64,000 bases of DNA from positions 2,368,001 to 2,432,000 of the forward strand of contig CBDBCF010000001.1 in NCBI GenBank assembly GCA_965202985.1, in the 5' to 3' direction. Shown here piece after piece: positions 1-7,642 of this stretch (its first letter is position 1; each line of letters opens with the position of its first letter). The DNA comes from Longimicrobiales bacterium. GTDB taxonomy: Bacteria; Gemmatimonadota; Gemmatimonadetes; Longimicrobiales; Gaopeijiaceae. The notes under the pieces were generated by a model. It saw only the letters and a program-made list of their open reading frames with translations, did no database searches and had not been told where the DNA came from. The position numbers and the translations under genes were made by a program.

Positions 1-977
1 AGCGGCCTGGCCCCGTAGCGCTCTCCTGCGGCAAGCCCCGGCTCGGGGAAGTCGCGGTACGGCAATCCCGCCACGGTCACCCTTGGCCTGCGCCCGCGCT
101 CCGTCCATGCGGAAGCGAGTTCGACCGGCGCCTTGGCCGCGCCGTCCGCCGAGGTCACGTGGACGGCCTCGTCCAGAACCGCCAGGCGCGCACCGCCCTC
201 GTCGTCGTAGTAGAGGAAGGAGCGGAGCCCGGCCGGCGTCGGCCCGTTCAATCCCGCCGCGGCCGCCAGTTCGGCCAGCGGATAGGTGCGCTGGTAGACG
301 CCGGGTCGGCGCGGGAAGAGGCCCAGCACGCCCGAGCCGTCGGGGTAGGGCACGACGACCGTTCTCGCGTCGGCGCTTCCGTCGTCGGCGCCCCCGTCGT
401 CGGCGCTCGACCCGTCCGCATCCCCGCCGCCGGTCATGTGCACCAGCTCGTCGCGGGTTCCGCCGATCCCCGCCTTCTGGGCCAGGGAGACCTTCGACCG
501 CGCGAAGGCGAACACTTCGTCGGGGCCGCCGTCGGGGGAGCCCACGCGAATCCGATCTCCCGGCGCCACGGCAACCGAGCCCAGCACGACATGGTCGGCG
601 CCCCTCCACCGGCGAGGCGTTCGCACCACAGCTACGGCGGACGCCGCCGTCGGATCCGTCGCCCGCACCACGATGCCGCCCGCCGAGTCGCGCATCAGGA
701 CCGCAACCGGATCGTTCCCGGCGCCCGGCAGGTAGTAGTCCGCCCGGTCGCGGTCGCCCGACACCTCGGCGACGACGCCTCCGCTGCGCGGCTGGAAGCG
801 CTGGCCCAGCAGCTTGACTTGGTACGACGCCAGCCTGTCCCCATGAAACCAGATCGACCCGCCCGCCACGACGCCGATCGCCAGGACCCAGAGACAGGCG
901 CGGCGACCCGGCGACGACCGGCGTGCCATCCACCCCGAACCGACGAGTGCGATCAGGCCCAGAAGCAGGACGCTCAT
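1..977 (-). CDS. Membrane-anchored hypothetical protein (partial, runs off window start); last visible gene of the GTPase operon
   Basis: Not in the ORF track because it has no stop in the window. ATG at 977 overlaps the upstream TGA (974-976). Reads MSVLLLGLIALVGSGWMARRSSPGRRACLWVLAIGVVAGGSIWFHG..., with two N-terminal hydrophobic segments, and stays open to position 1. Confidence 0.75.
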   Translation of the reverse strand, partial: MSVLLLGLIALVGSGWMARRSSPGRRACLWVLAIGVVAGGSIWFHGDRLASYQVKLLGQRFQPRSGGVVAEVSGDRDRADYYLPGAGNDPVAVLMRDSAGGIVVRATDPTAASAVAVVRTPRRWRGADHVVLGSVAVAPGDRIRVGSPDGGPDEVFAFARSKVSLAQKAGIGGTRDELVHMTGGGDADGSSADDGGADDGSADARTVVVPYPDGSGVLGLFPRRPGVYQRTYPLAELAAAAGLNGPTPAGLRSFLYYDDEGGARLAVLDEAVHVTSADGAAKAPVELASAWTERGRRPRVTVAGLPYRDFPEPGLAAGERYGARP

Positions 978-2995
978 GGACTTGGGACCTCGTCTGCGTC
1001 CGCCCGGCGGCTGCTTCGGCGCTCGGCGGCCTCGTCGGCGTAGAAGTCGGTTCGCGTGAGCAGGAAGAACCGCCACCAGTTCACGAAGACCAGCACGGCC
1101 AGCGACATCCCGGCGGCGGCGCAGATCAGCAACGCCGCCACGGCCGCTACGGGCTGGTTCCTGGCGTGGTGGCGAAGTCGCCGACTCTGGGCTCGGACGC
1201 CGCTCTGGGACCGCACCAGCGGGGCCATGTCTTCGGCGCGGTACACGTCGGAGGGTCGAAGGCCCGCGTGGGCGACGGCGGACTCGGCCGTCCGCACGTA
1301 GTCCGCCGCGTCGCGAGCGCGGATGCTGGAGAAGGCGGCCCCGCGTCGGAGCTGTTCGACCAGCTGCTCGGCGATGTCGTGGAAGACGGCCTCCGTCCAC
1401 TCCGATGCGTAGGTGCACGCGGCGGTCGGATCGATCCCGGCGTTCAGGTCGGCGGGAACCGAGCCCCCGCAGAAGGCGCGGGCGTGATTTCGGGCCTCGT
1501 CCAGGATCGCGTCGACCTGCACGTCGGGGCCGCCCGAGAGTCCGGCGCTTCTTCCGCCCCCGGCCTCCAGCTGGCGCCGGCGCCGCTCGTAGCGCGCGAC
1601 CAGTCCGCCGTGAAGGAACGCTCCCGACCTCTCCAGCCAGCGCTCCCGAACCGCCTTCGCCACGGGTTCGGCGGCTCGCTCGGGACACCGGGCCTCCAGG
1701 CGCGCGAAGGTGTGAACGGCCACGGCCGCCCAGGCGCTGTCGGCGGTCGCCCGTCCATCTTGTCGCAGTCCGGCGGCGACTCCCGCCAGCATCTCGCACT
1801 GCTCTTCCTCGTCCAGCCCTAGTGCGCGCGTCCACTCCGGCTCGTCGAGCACGCGCCACGCCAGGACGGCCCTGCTCGCGGCCAGCCGAGGGTCGGGACG
1901 CAACCGGTTGTAGTGGTAGACCCGTTGCAGGTTGGACGCCGCCCAAAGGACATGCTCGGGGACCCGGCCCCTTTGCCGTCGGGGCTGGGCGGCGGCCTGC
2001 TGGGCGTACCGGAGAAGGGGCGCCAGCGGGTCGCCCGGGTCCATGTCGAAGCGGTGGCGAGCGACCTCTCCGGCCAGACGCTCGGGATCGCGGAAGTCGG
2101 GCGTCGCCATGTAGGCCGACACGAGCCCGGCGTAGGCGTCCAGCGAGGTGAGGCCGGGTTGCGCGGTACCGGAGCACGAGAGAGCGCCGGGCGGCAGGTC
2201 GGTTCGACGGTGGTGCCCCCCTGGGCGGGCGCCGCGAGAGCCGTCCAGCGCGTAGCTGACCGCGTTGAGGGCGCGGCGGAAGTGGGCGACGGCGTCGACC
2301 GGCCGACCTCGACCGTGAGCCGCCATGCCCGCTAGGTAGCGAGCGTGGAACGCCAGGATCACCAGCGTGCGCGGGGCGCCCCCGGCACGAGCCGCGCGAG
2401 CGGCATCGGACGCGTGCACCGTGGGCAAAGGCCCGCCCTGGGGCTGCACCAGCGGGATCGATTCCAATGCGCGGGCCGCGCCGGCCCAGTCCCCGCCGGC
2501 GCTCGCGGCTCGGGCCAAGGCGTAGAGCGCGATCGGTCGGGCGGCGGCCGACAGCCCCGGAATCCGGTTCTCGAGCGCCTCGACCGCGTTCGCCAACCCG
2601 GTGCGACCGTCGGCGCTCGCGGCCTGCTCGGCTTGGCGGATCGCCCTGTCCAGGTCCCGTGCCTCGTCCGCCCCGGTGCCGGGCCATCCGGCCGCGCACA
2701 GGAACGGAGGCAGCGGAGGAGCCAGCAGATCGTCGGCGCGACGGGCCATTCCGCCGCCCTCCAGCACCGCGAATCGCCACGACGCGTCCAGGGCGCGGTC
2801 CAGCCGAGGGGGCTGGTCCAGGAACCGGTACGCGCGGACCAGCGTGGTCTCCGGCGACGACGACCCGAGCAGCGACCGGCCCACCCAGGCGCACGCGACC
2901 AGCACCGCGGCGCACGCCCCCGCAAGCACCAGGCGCGCCCTACTGCCGGGCGCGGTCCGGCGGGCGCCGGCGCCGAAGAGCGTCGTCCAGCCCAC
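974..2995 (-). CDS. Hypothetical helical-repeat (TPR-like) protein with N- and C-terminal transmembrane segments
   Basis: 3' part of ORF 974..4780, GTG at 2995 just after the GTPase stop. Hydrophobic LVLAGACAAVLVACAWVG and VAAVAALLICAAAGMSLAVLVFVNWW; TPR-like ALYALARAASAGGDWAGAARALE and ARYLAGMAAHGRGRPVDAVAHFRRAL. Confidence 0.7.
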   Translation of the reverse strand: MGWTTLFGAGARRTAPGSRARLVLAGACAAVLVACAWVGRSLLGSSSPETTLVRAYRFLDQPPRLDRALDASWRFAVLEGGGMARRADDLLAPPLPPFLCAAGWPGTGADEARDLDRAIRQAEQAASADGRTGLANAVEALENRIPGLSAAARPIALYALARAASAGGDWAGAARALESIPLVQPQGGPLPTVHASDAARAARAGGAPRTLVILAFHARYLAGMAAHGRGRPVDAVAHFRRALNAVSYALDGSRGARPGGHHRRTDLPPGALSCSGTAQPGLTSLDAYAGLVSAYMATPDFRDPERLAGEVARHRFDMDPGDPLAPLLRYAQQAAAQPRRQRGRVPEHVLWAASNLQRVYHYNRLRPDPRLAASRAVLAWRVLDEPEWTRALGLDEEEQCEMLAGVAAGLRQDGRATADSAWAAVAVHTFARLEARCPERAAEPVAKAVRERWLERSGAFLHGGLVARYERRRRQLEAGGGRSAGLSGGPDVQVDAILDEARNHARAFCGGSVPADLNAGIDPTAACTYASEWTEAVFHDIAEQLVEQLRRGAAFSSIRARDAADYVRTAESAVAHAGLRPSDVYRAEDMAPLVRSQSGVRAQSRRLRHHARNQPVAAVAALLICAAAGMSLAVLVFVNWWRFFLLTRTDFYADEAAERRSSRRADADEVPSP

Positions 2996-2997
2996 TT

Positions 2998-4413
2998 TCA
3001 GCCCCTGTCCCCGTCGGGTCGCGGGGCGGCGCGGCCCAGGGCGTTCCATGCGTCGGGTCGGAGACGGCGGTCCAGCCGGATCGCCGCGGCCGAAGACAGC
3101 CCCGGCACCCTCCACGGATGGCGGGCCAAGAAGTCCACCACGCCTTCGCCCCCGATCAAGGAGTCCGTGCCCGGTTCCGCGTCGGCGGCAGCGTCCAGCG
3201 GGTCCGGGTCGGGGCTTCGGTCCTCCAGCGCTTGGCAGAACGACCACTTGAAGTACCGCACTTCGCGCTCCAGAAACTTCAGGAAGTCGGGAAAGTGGGC
3301 GGCGGCGGTCAGCAGGGGCTCCGACTCGCCCGGTCGCAGTCCGGCGGGCGTCCGATGTCCCAGCCGGGGCAGGTCGGGCGTGTGCAGGCGGTCCCGGGTG
3401 CGTCCGACGTACAGGTCGGCCTTGGAAAGCACGACCGCGACCGGCCGGTCGTACTTGGTGGGCGCCCGCTTGAAGGCGTCGTCCACCTGATTCCGCGTGG
3501 GAGGCCGGTTCCCTTTCAAGTCCAGCCGTCCCTTGCGCCGGAGCCGTTCGGCGAACCGCGCCACGACCGCGTACTTGAGCAGCATCTTGTGAGCGTTCAC
3601 CATGCGCTCGGCGGCCGCCTCCATCTCCCTGCGCTCGCCGGCGGGGGGCACGCGGCGGCGGGGGTCGTCTCCCGGGTTCCAGCCCGACCAGACCACGGGC
3701 AGCGCCATGAGGAACGCGATTCCGTCCAGCCGCTGGAGGACGGGCCAGAGGAAGGCCCCCATCAGCTCCGGCAGCTCCCGCTCGTAGTCCCCCAGCACCT
3801 GATAGTCCTCGCCGGCCATGTCCACCAGGACGTGATGGTCGCGCCTGCCGGGCAGGTAGTAGATGTTGACGTCCCCCCGCTCGGTCTTGTTGTAGTGCAG
3901 GTCGGCGCCCGGCCTGTCCGCGGCCCGCTCCCGGAGGCGGTCGGCGAGCGTCGTCTTGCCGTGGCGCGGCAGCCCCGCGATGCCGAAGAGCTTGCCCCGC
4001 CGCCGCCGACGGTGCTCCGCGAGCGCCTCGACGGCGGTGCCTGCAGCCGACCTGTCGGCGGACTGCACCCTCTTGCTGTGCAGGCCCGGCGAGGGTCGCG
4101 GGGGCGGGATCGCCGAGTCGTCCGGTTCTTGGCGTGTGCGCTCCTCGGGCGGGTCGTTGAGCGCGTCGCTGGGTGGCGGAGCGGAACGGCTCGGGGCTTC
4201 GGGCGTCGAGTCCGCCGGGGGGCGGGCGTCGTCCGATGGCGAATCCGCCGATGCAGGGGTGTCGTCCGGGGCCGAGGCGTCGTCCGCGGCCGAGGCGTCG
4301 TCCGGGGCCGAAGCGTCGTCCGCGGCCGAACCGCGGCCCGCCCTTTCCCGCATGACCTCCTTCCGCAGCCGCTTCAGGGTCTGCGCGACTTGTCTGCTGC
4401 GCTTCTCGCTCAT
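2998..4413 (-). CDS. TRAFAC-class P-loop GTPase (double-GTPase/DO-GTPase-like) with low-complexity N-terminus
   Basis: G1 GLPRHGKTT, G3 DMAGE, G4 SKAD in ORF 2998..6501. ATG at 4413 overlaps the upstream TGA (4410-4412); an alternative ATG lies at 4449. Confidence 0.8.
   Translation of the reverse strand: MSEKRSRQVAQTLKRLRKEVMRERAGRGSAADDASAPDDASAADDASAPDDTPASADSPSDDARPPADSTPEAPSRSAPPPSDALNDPPEERTRQEPDDSAIPPPRPSPGLHSKRVQSADRSAAGTAVEALAEHRRRRRGKLFGIAGLPRHGKTTLADRLRERAADRPGADLHYNKTERGDVNIYYLPGRRDHHVLVDMAGEDYQVLGDYERELPELMGAFLWPVLQRLDGIAFLMALPVVWSGWNPGDDPRRRVPPAGERREMEAAAERMVNAHKMLLKYAVVARFAERLRRKGRLDLKGNRPPTRNQVDDAFKRAPTKYDRPVAVVLSKADLYVGRTRDRLHTPDLPRLGHRTPAGLRPGESEPLLTAAAHFPDFLKFLEREVRYFKWSFCQALEDRSPDPDPLDAAADAEPGTDSLIGGEGVVDFLARHPWRVPGLSSAAAIRLDRRLRPDAWNALGRAAPRPDGDRG
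4257..4330. repeat. 18-bp tandem repeat x4 encoding SAADDA/SAPDDA in the GTPase N-terminus
   Basis: gtcgtccggggccgaggc / gtcgtccgcggccgaggc / gtcgtccggggccgaagc / gtcgtccgcggccgaa. Confidence 0.85.
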
Positions 4414-6494
4414 TCGGAGGACCTTTCCCTGCTCCCACTCCAACGCCATCTCGTCTTCCGGGCGGGGCGCCGCGCCGACGAGGAACGGCGGGCCGGGGCG
4501 GAACGCCGATGAAGGAGGGCCGACCGGAGCGCCAGGAACACCGAGATCGGCGGTCCCGGCTCGTGTTCCATGAGGCGCCGGGCCAGGGAGGCGGCTCCAG
4601 GGCGGCCCGCCGCCGCCAAGGAGGCCAGGGCCGTCTTGCCCCAGATGCGCTGCTCGACCCACGCCAAGCGCTGGAGAACGCCGGCGTCCAAGGAGCGCGA
4701 CTGATCCGAGCCCAACGCCGCTTCGCCCGGAGCCGTGGTCGCTTCGCTTGCGCCGACCTCGGCCCGGCGCGCCGCCGCAAGCCCGAGCCAGACTCTTGCC
4801 AACAAGGTCTGCCAAGCCGGATGCGCCCTCCCGGGCCAAGCCAGGAAGACGCGAATCAGGTCCCGAGCCAAGCGGGAGCTCATCGGGTCCCGGAGGCCGG
4901 CGGCGTCCACCATCTTTGGCACGTCGGCGACCCGACCAAGCGGCTCGAGGAGCCCGACAACGATGCCGGCCAGCTTCGCGACCGTCTCGTCCCCGTCTTG
5001 CTCCCGCGTCCGCCCGACCGCGGCCCCCAGCTCCCCGGCGTCGACGCCCGCGTGGGCCAGCGCCCGGAGCCCCTCGACCAGGAGCACCAACCCCTCGGCC
5101 CGACGGCGCGTCCCCGTGCCCGCCAAGACGGCCAGCCGCGCCGCCCAGGAGCCGGGAACCTTGCCGCCGAACCCGCGAACCAGTCCGTCGAAGAAGCGCC
5201 GGTTGGTTGTCAGCAAGGGCTCGCGGAGAACGGCGTCGATCCACTCGGGCGGTCGGCCCGGAGGCCGCGCAGCCAAGTCGGCCGCGGCCAGCACGCCGAG
5301 CGCTCGCCACCGCTCCGCGCCCCGGGACTCGAGACGCGCGCGGTCCAGGAGGTCGACGGCCCCAAGCCGCGCCGGCGCCCAATGCACGACGTAGGGCTCG
5401 CTTGCCGCCCGAAAGAGAGAAAGGCCCCGCGCGTCGATCCGAGCGCTTGCCCTGCCGTACTCGGCCGAGTCGCCCAGGACCAGAGCGGCCCACGTCTCCA
5501 AGGGACCGCGTTTCGTGGACGCCGCTCCCGTTCCCCCAGTCCCCGTTCCCGTTCCCCGCCCCGGAACGGCGGCCCCGGGCACCAGGCACGGAGTCGGATG
5601 GCGTCCCCGCAGATCGAGCGTCGAGTAGAAGACGCGGACCCTGTCGACCAACGGCAGGGACAGCCACGCCAACCGCATTACGACGCAGGCCTCCCGGCGC
5701 GTCCCAACCACTTGGACGGCGCCGTCGCGGGAGACCTTCGCAGCCGGGGCGTCGGGAGTCGGGGCGCGGTCCGGAGCGCGGGCCGGGTCCGAGGTCGCGT
5801 CCACCTTCCGATACACGTCCACCAGCGCTTCGCGGACGGCCCGAACTCCACCAGCGGCGACGGCGGCTCGAGCCAGGCGGTCCACCTCGCGCAACCGGGC
5901 GCGCCTGATCCGGTCTCGATTCGGCCTGTACTCGGGCGTGGCCAACGGTTCCAGGCCCGCCGGCGCGGAGCGGCGAAGCTGCGCGAACCAAGCCGCCTCC
6001 GCGGGCGCTCCGGACGCCATCCCCGCCGCCGACAAGTCCAGGTGAAGCCCTTGGGGGAAACCGTCGATCTCGCGAAAGAGGGATTGGTCGAAGAGGAGCG
6101 TGTGGGTCGCGACGCGCGGACGGCGGGCGCGGGCTTCCTCGCGAGCGGGCCGAACGACGCCGGAGAGGCAGAAGCCAAGGCGACCGTCCAGCGGCAGGAA
6201 CGCCTCCGGCAGCCCCAGCGTTCCCATGGCGACAGCGTCCGTCTTCGGGTCGTCCGCCCTCGGGCCGCGGCCGCCCTCCCGAACAAGCACTGGCGGCTCG
6301 GCAGACTCCGCAAGCTCGGCGCCCCACGGCACCCGTTCTTCCAGCCTCCCCGCCCGAACCCGGTCCAGACCCCCGGTCCAGCCACAGGTCTCCCACGCCG
6401 GGTTGTAGGCGGAGGCGTTGGATGCGAACAGATGGCGATCCAGGCGGCGGTTGCGTCCCGCTGGATCGTGCTCGTCCGGTCCTGGCGCGGTCAC
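4410..6494 (-). CDS. GTPase-associated protein 1 (GAP1-N/GAP1-M-like) hypothetical protein
   Basis: GTG at 6494 overlaps TGA 6491-6493. N-terminal ...ARRPRVATHTLLF and middle LAWLSLPLVDRVRVFYST resemble GAP1 N and M signatures. Directly upstream of the GTPase. Family recognised by eye only. Confidence 0.55.
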   Translation of the reverse strand: MTAPGPDEHDPAGRNRRLDRHLFASNASAYNPAWETCGWTGGLDRVRAGRLEERVPWGAELAESAEPPVLVREGGRGPRADDPKTDAVAMGTLGLPEAFLPLDGRLGFCLSGVVRPAREEARARRPRVATHTLLFDQSLFREIDGFPQGLHLDLSAAGMASGAPAEAAWFAQLRRSAPAGLEPLATPEYRPNRDRIRRARLREVDRLARAAVAAGGVRAVREALVDVYRKVDATSDPARAPDRAPTPDAPAAKVSRDGAVQVVGTRREACVVMRLAWLSLPLVDRVRVFYSTLDLRGRHPTPCLVPGAAVPGRGTGTGTGGTGAASTKRGPLETWAALVLGDSAEYGRASARIDARGLSLFRAASEPYVVHWAPARLGAVDLLDRARLESRGAERWRALGVLAAADLAARPPGRPPEWIDAVLREPLLTTNRRFFDGLVRGFGGKVPGSWAARLAVLAGTGTRRRAEGLVLLVEGLRALAHAGVDAGELGAAVGRTREQDGDETVAKLAGIVVGLLEPLGRVADVPKMVDAAGLRDPMSSRLARDLIRVFLAWPGRAHPAWQTLLARVWLGLAAARRAEVGASEATTAPGEAALGSDQSRSLDAGVLQRLAWVEQRIWGKTALASLAAAGRPGAASLARRLMEHEPGPPISVFLALRSALLHRRSAPARRSSSARRPARKTRWRWSGSRERSSE

Positions 6495-7123
6495 GGGACA
6501 TACTCCGGGGGGATTTCGACGCCTGAACTGTCCGGCCCGGTGTCCAAGGCGCTGTCCGTTTCGAGGGCTTGCGAACTGTCGGCGGCGAGGCCCGGAGAGT
6601 CGGGCAGGCCCAGCGAATCGGGCAGGCTCAGCGAGTCGGGCAGGACGGCCCGCACGGTGTCCACGAGCGGCGCGACGGAGTCTCCGAAGACGCTTGGAGC
6701 GCCGGCCCCGCCGCCGGCCGCCCCGGCGGGCCACGGTCCCCACTGTCTTCCCGCCCACCACCCGGCGCCCACGAGCGCGACGGCGGTCAGGGCACCCACG
6801 ACGGCGGCAGCCCATGTCGGCCACGGCCTTGACCCGGCCTTGCCTCGGGTAGCGGCGTCGCCCTTGGCGCCGGCGTTGCCCTTGGCGCCCGCGTCGCCTT
6901 TGGATGCCGAAACCGGACCGTCGATTCCGAGGGGGGCCGCGCTCGCCATCTCCTCCCGCACCACCCGCCGCACGATCTCCTCCCAGTCGGCGGGCGCGGG
7001 CGCCGCGCTTCGAACCGCTTCCGCGACGGCCTCTCCGGCGTCTTCGCGGATCGCCTTCAGAGTCTGGCGGTAGAGCGCCGTCATCTCCTGTTCGCGCTCG
7101 TAGGTCTCCTGTTCGCGCTTCAT
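6491..7123 (-). CDS. Single-pass membrane hypothetical protein with repeat-rich linkers
   Basis: ATG 7123 overlaps TGA 7120-7122. Helical N-terminus MKREQETYEREQEM, KGDAG/KGNAG repeats, TM WAAAVVGALTAVALVGAGWWAG, LPDS repeats. Confidence 0.7.
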   Translation of the reverse strand: MKREQETYEREQEMTALYRQTLKAIREDAGEAVAEAVRSAAPAPADWEEIVRRVVREEMASAAPLGIDGPVSASKGDAGAKGNAGAKGDAATRGKAGSRPWPTWAAAVVGALTAVALVGAGWWAGRQWGPWPAGAAGGGAGAPSVFGDSVAPLVDTVRAVLPDSLSLPDSLGLPDSPGLAADSSQALETDSALDTGPDSSGVEIPPEYVP

Positions 7124-7548
7124 GGTTCCAGTCGCTCCGGCGAGAGGACGAAGGAGAACGACGATCCGCGGGGCAGGACGGCATCCAAGTCCGCAACCCC
7201 GAGCTGTTCCAGAAGCGCGGCCCGAGCGGACTGGTTGTTCTCCAGGTGATAAAGGCGCAGCACGTCGCGGGCGGTCATGTCCCAGGGCGCCGCCACGGTG
7301 GCCGTGTCCCGGCCCGCCATGAACGTCGCGGCCAACTCGGAGGCGTCGTTGAACGAGACGACCGAGGCCAAGGGGCTTGTCTCCGTGCTCACCATCGCCG
7401 CTTCCCGCAGCGCCGGTCCGAACGCCCGCCCAAGCAGATAGGCGACGCCGCACGCCGCAACCGCCGCCGCGCACCGGCCCGCCCGTACGAGCCGGGTCTT
7501 CAACGAGGGCCAAGCGTCAGTGCGCCGGGCGTCCTTCGTTTCCCTCAT
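7120..7548 (-). CDS. Small membrane-anchored hypothetical protein, first gene of operon
   Basis: ATG 7548 preceded by GGAGG. Hydrophobic CAAAVAACGVAYLLG, then a compact C-terminal domain. Confidence 0.65.
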   Translation of the reverse strand: MRETKDARRTDAWPSLKTRLVRAGRCAAAVAACGVAYLLGRAFGPALREAAMVSTETSPLASVVSFNDASELAATFMAGRDTATVAAPWDMTARDVLRLYHLENNQSARAALLEQLGVADLDAVLPRGSSFSFVLSPERLEP

Positions 7549-7642
7549 CGGCCATTCCTCCCCACCTTGCACAATCGCTACCGTTGGCCTGTCTTCCTAC
7601 GAAGCCGGCCCGGCGCTCGTTTCCCGCGTCCCGCAAAGAGCC

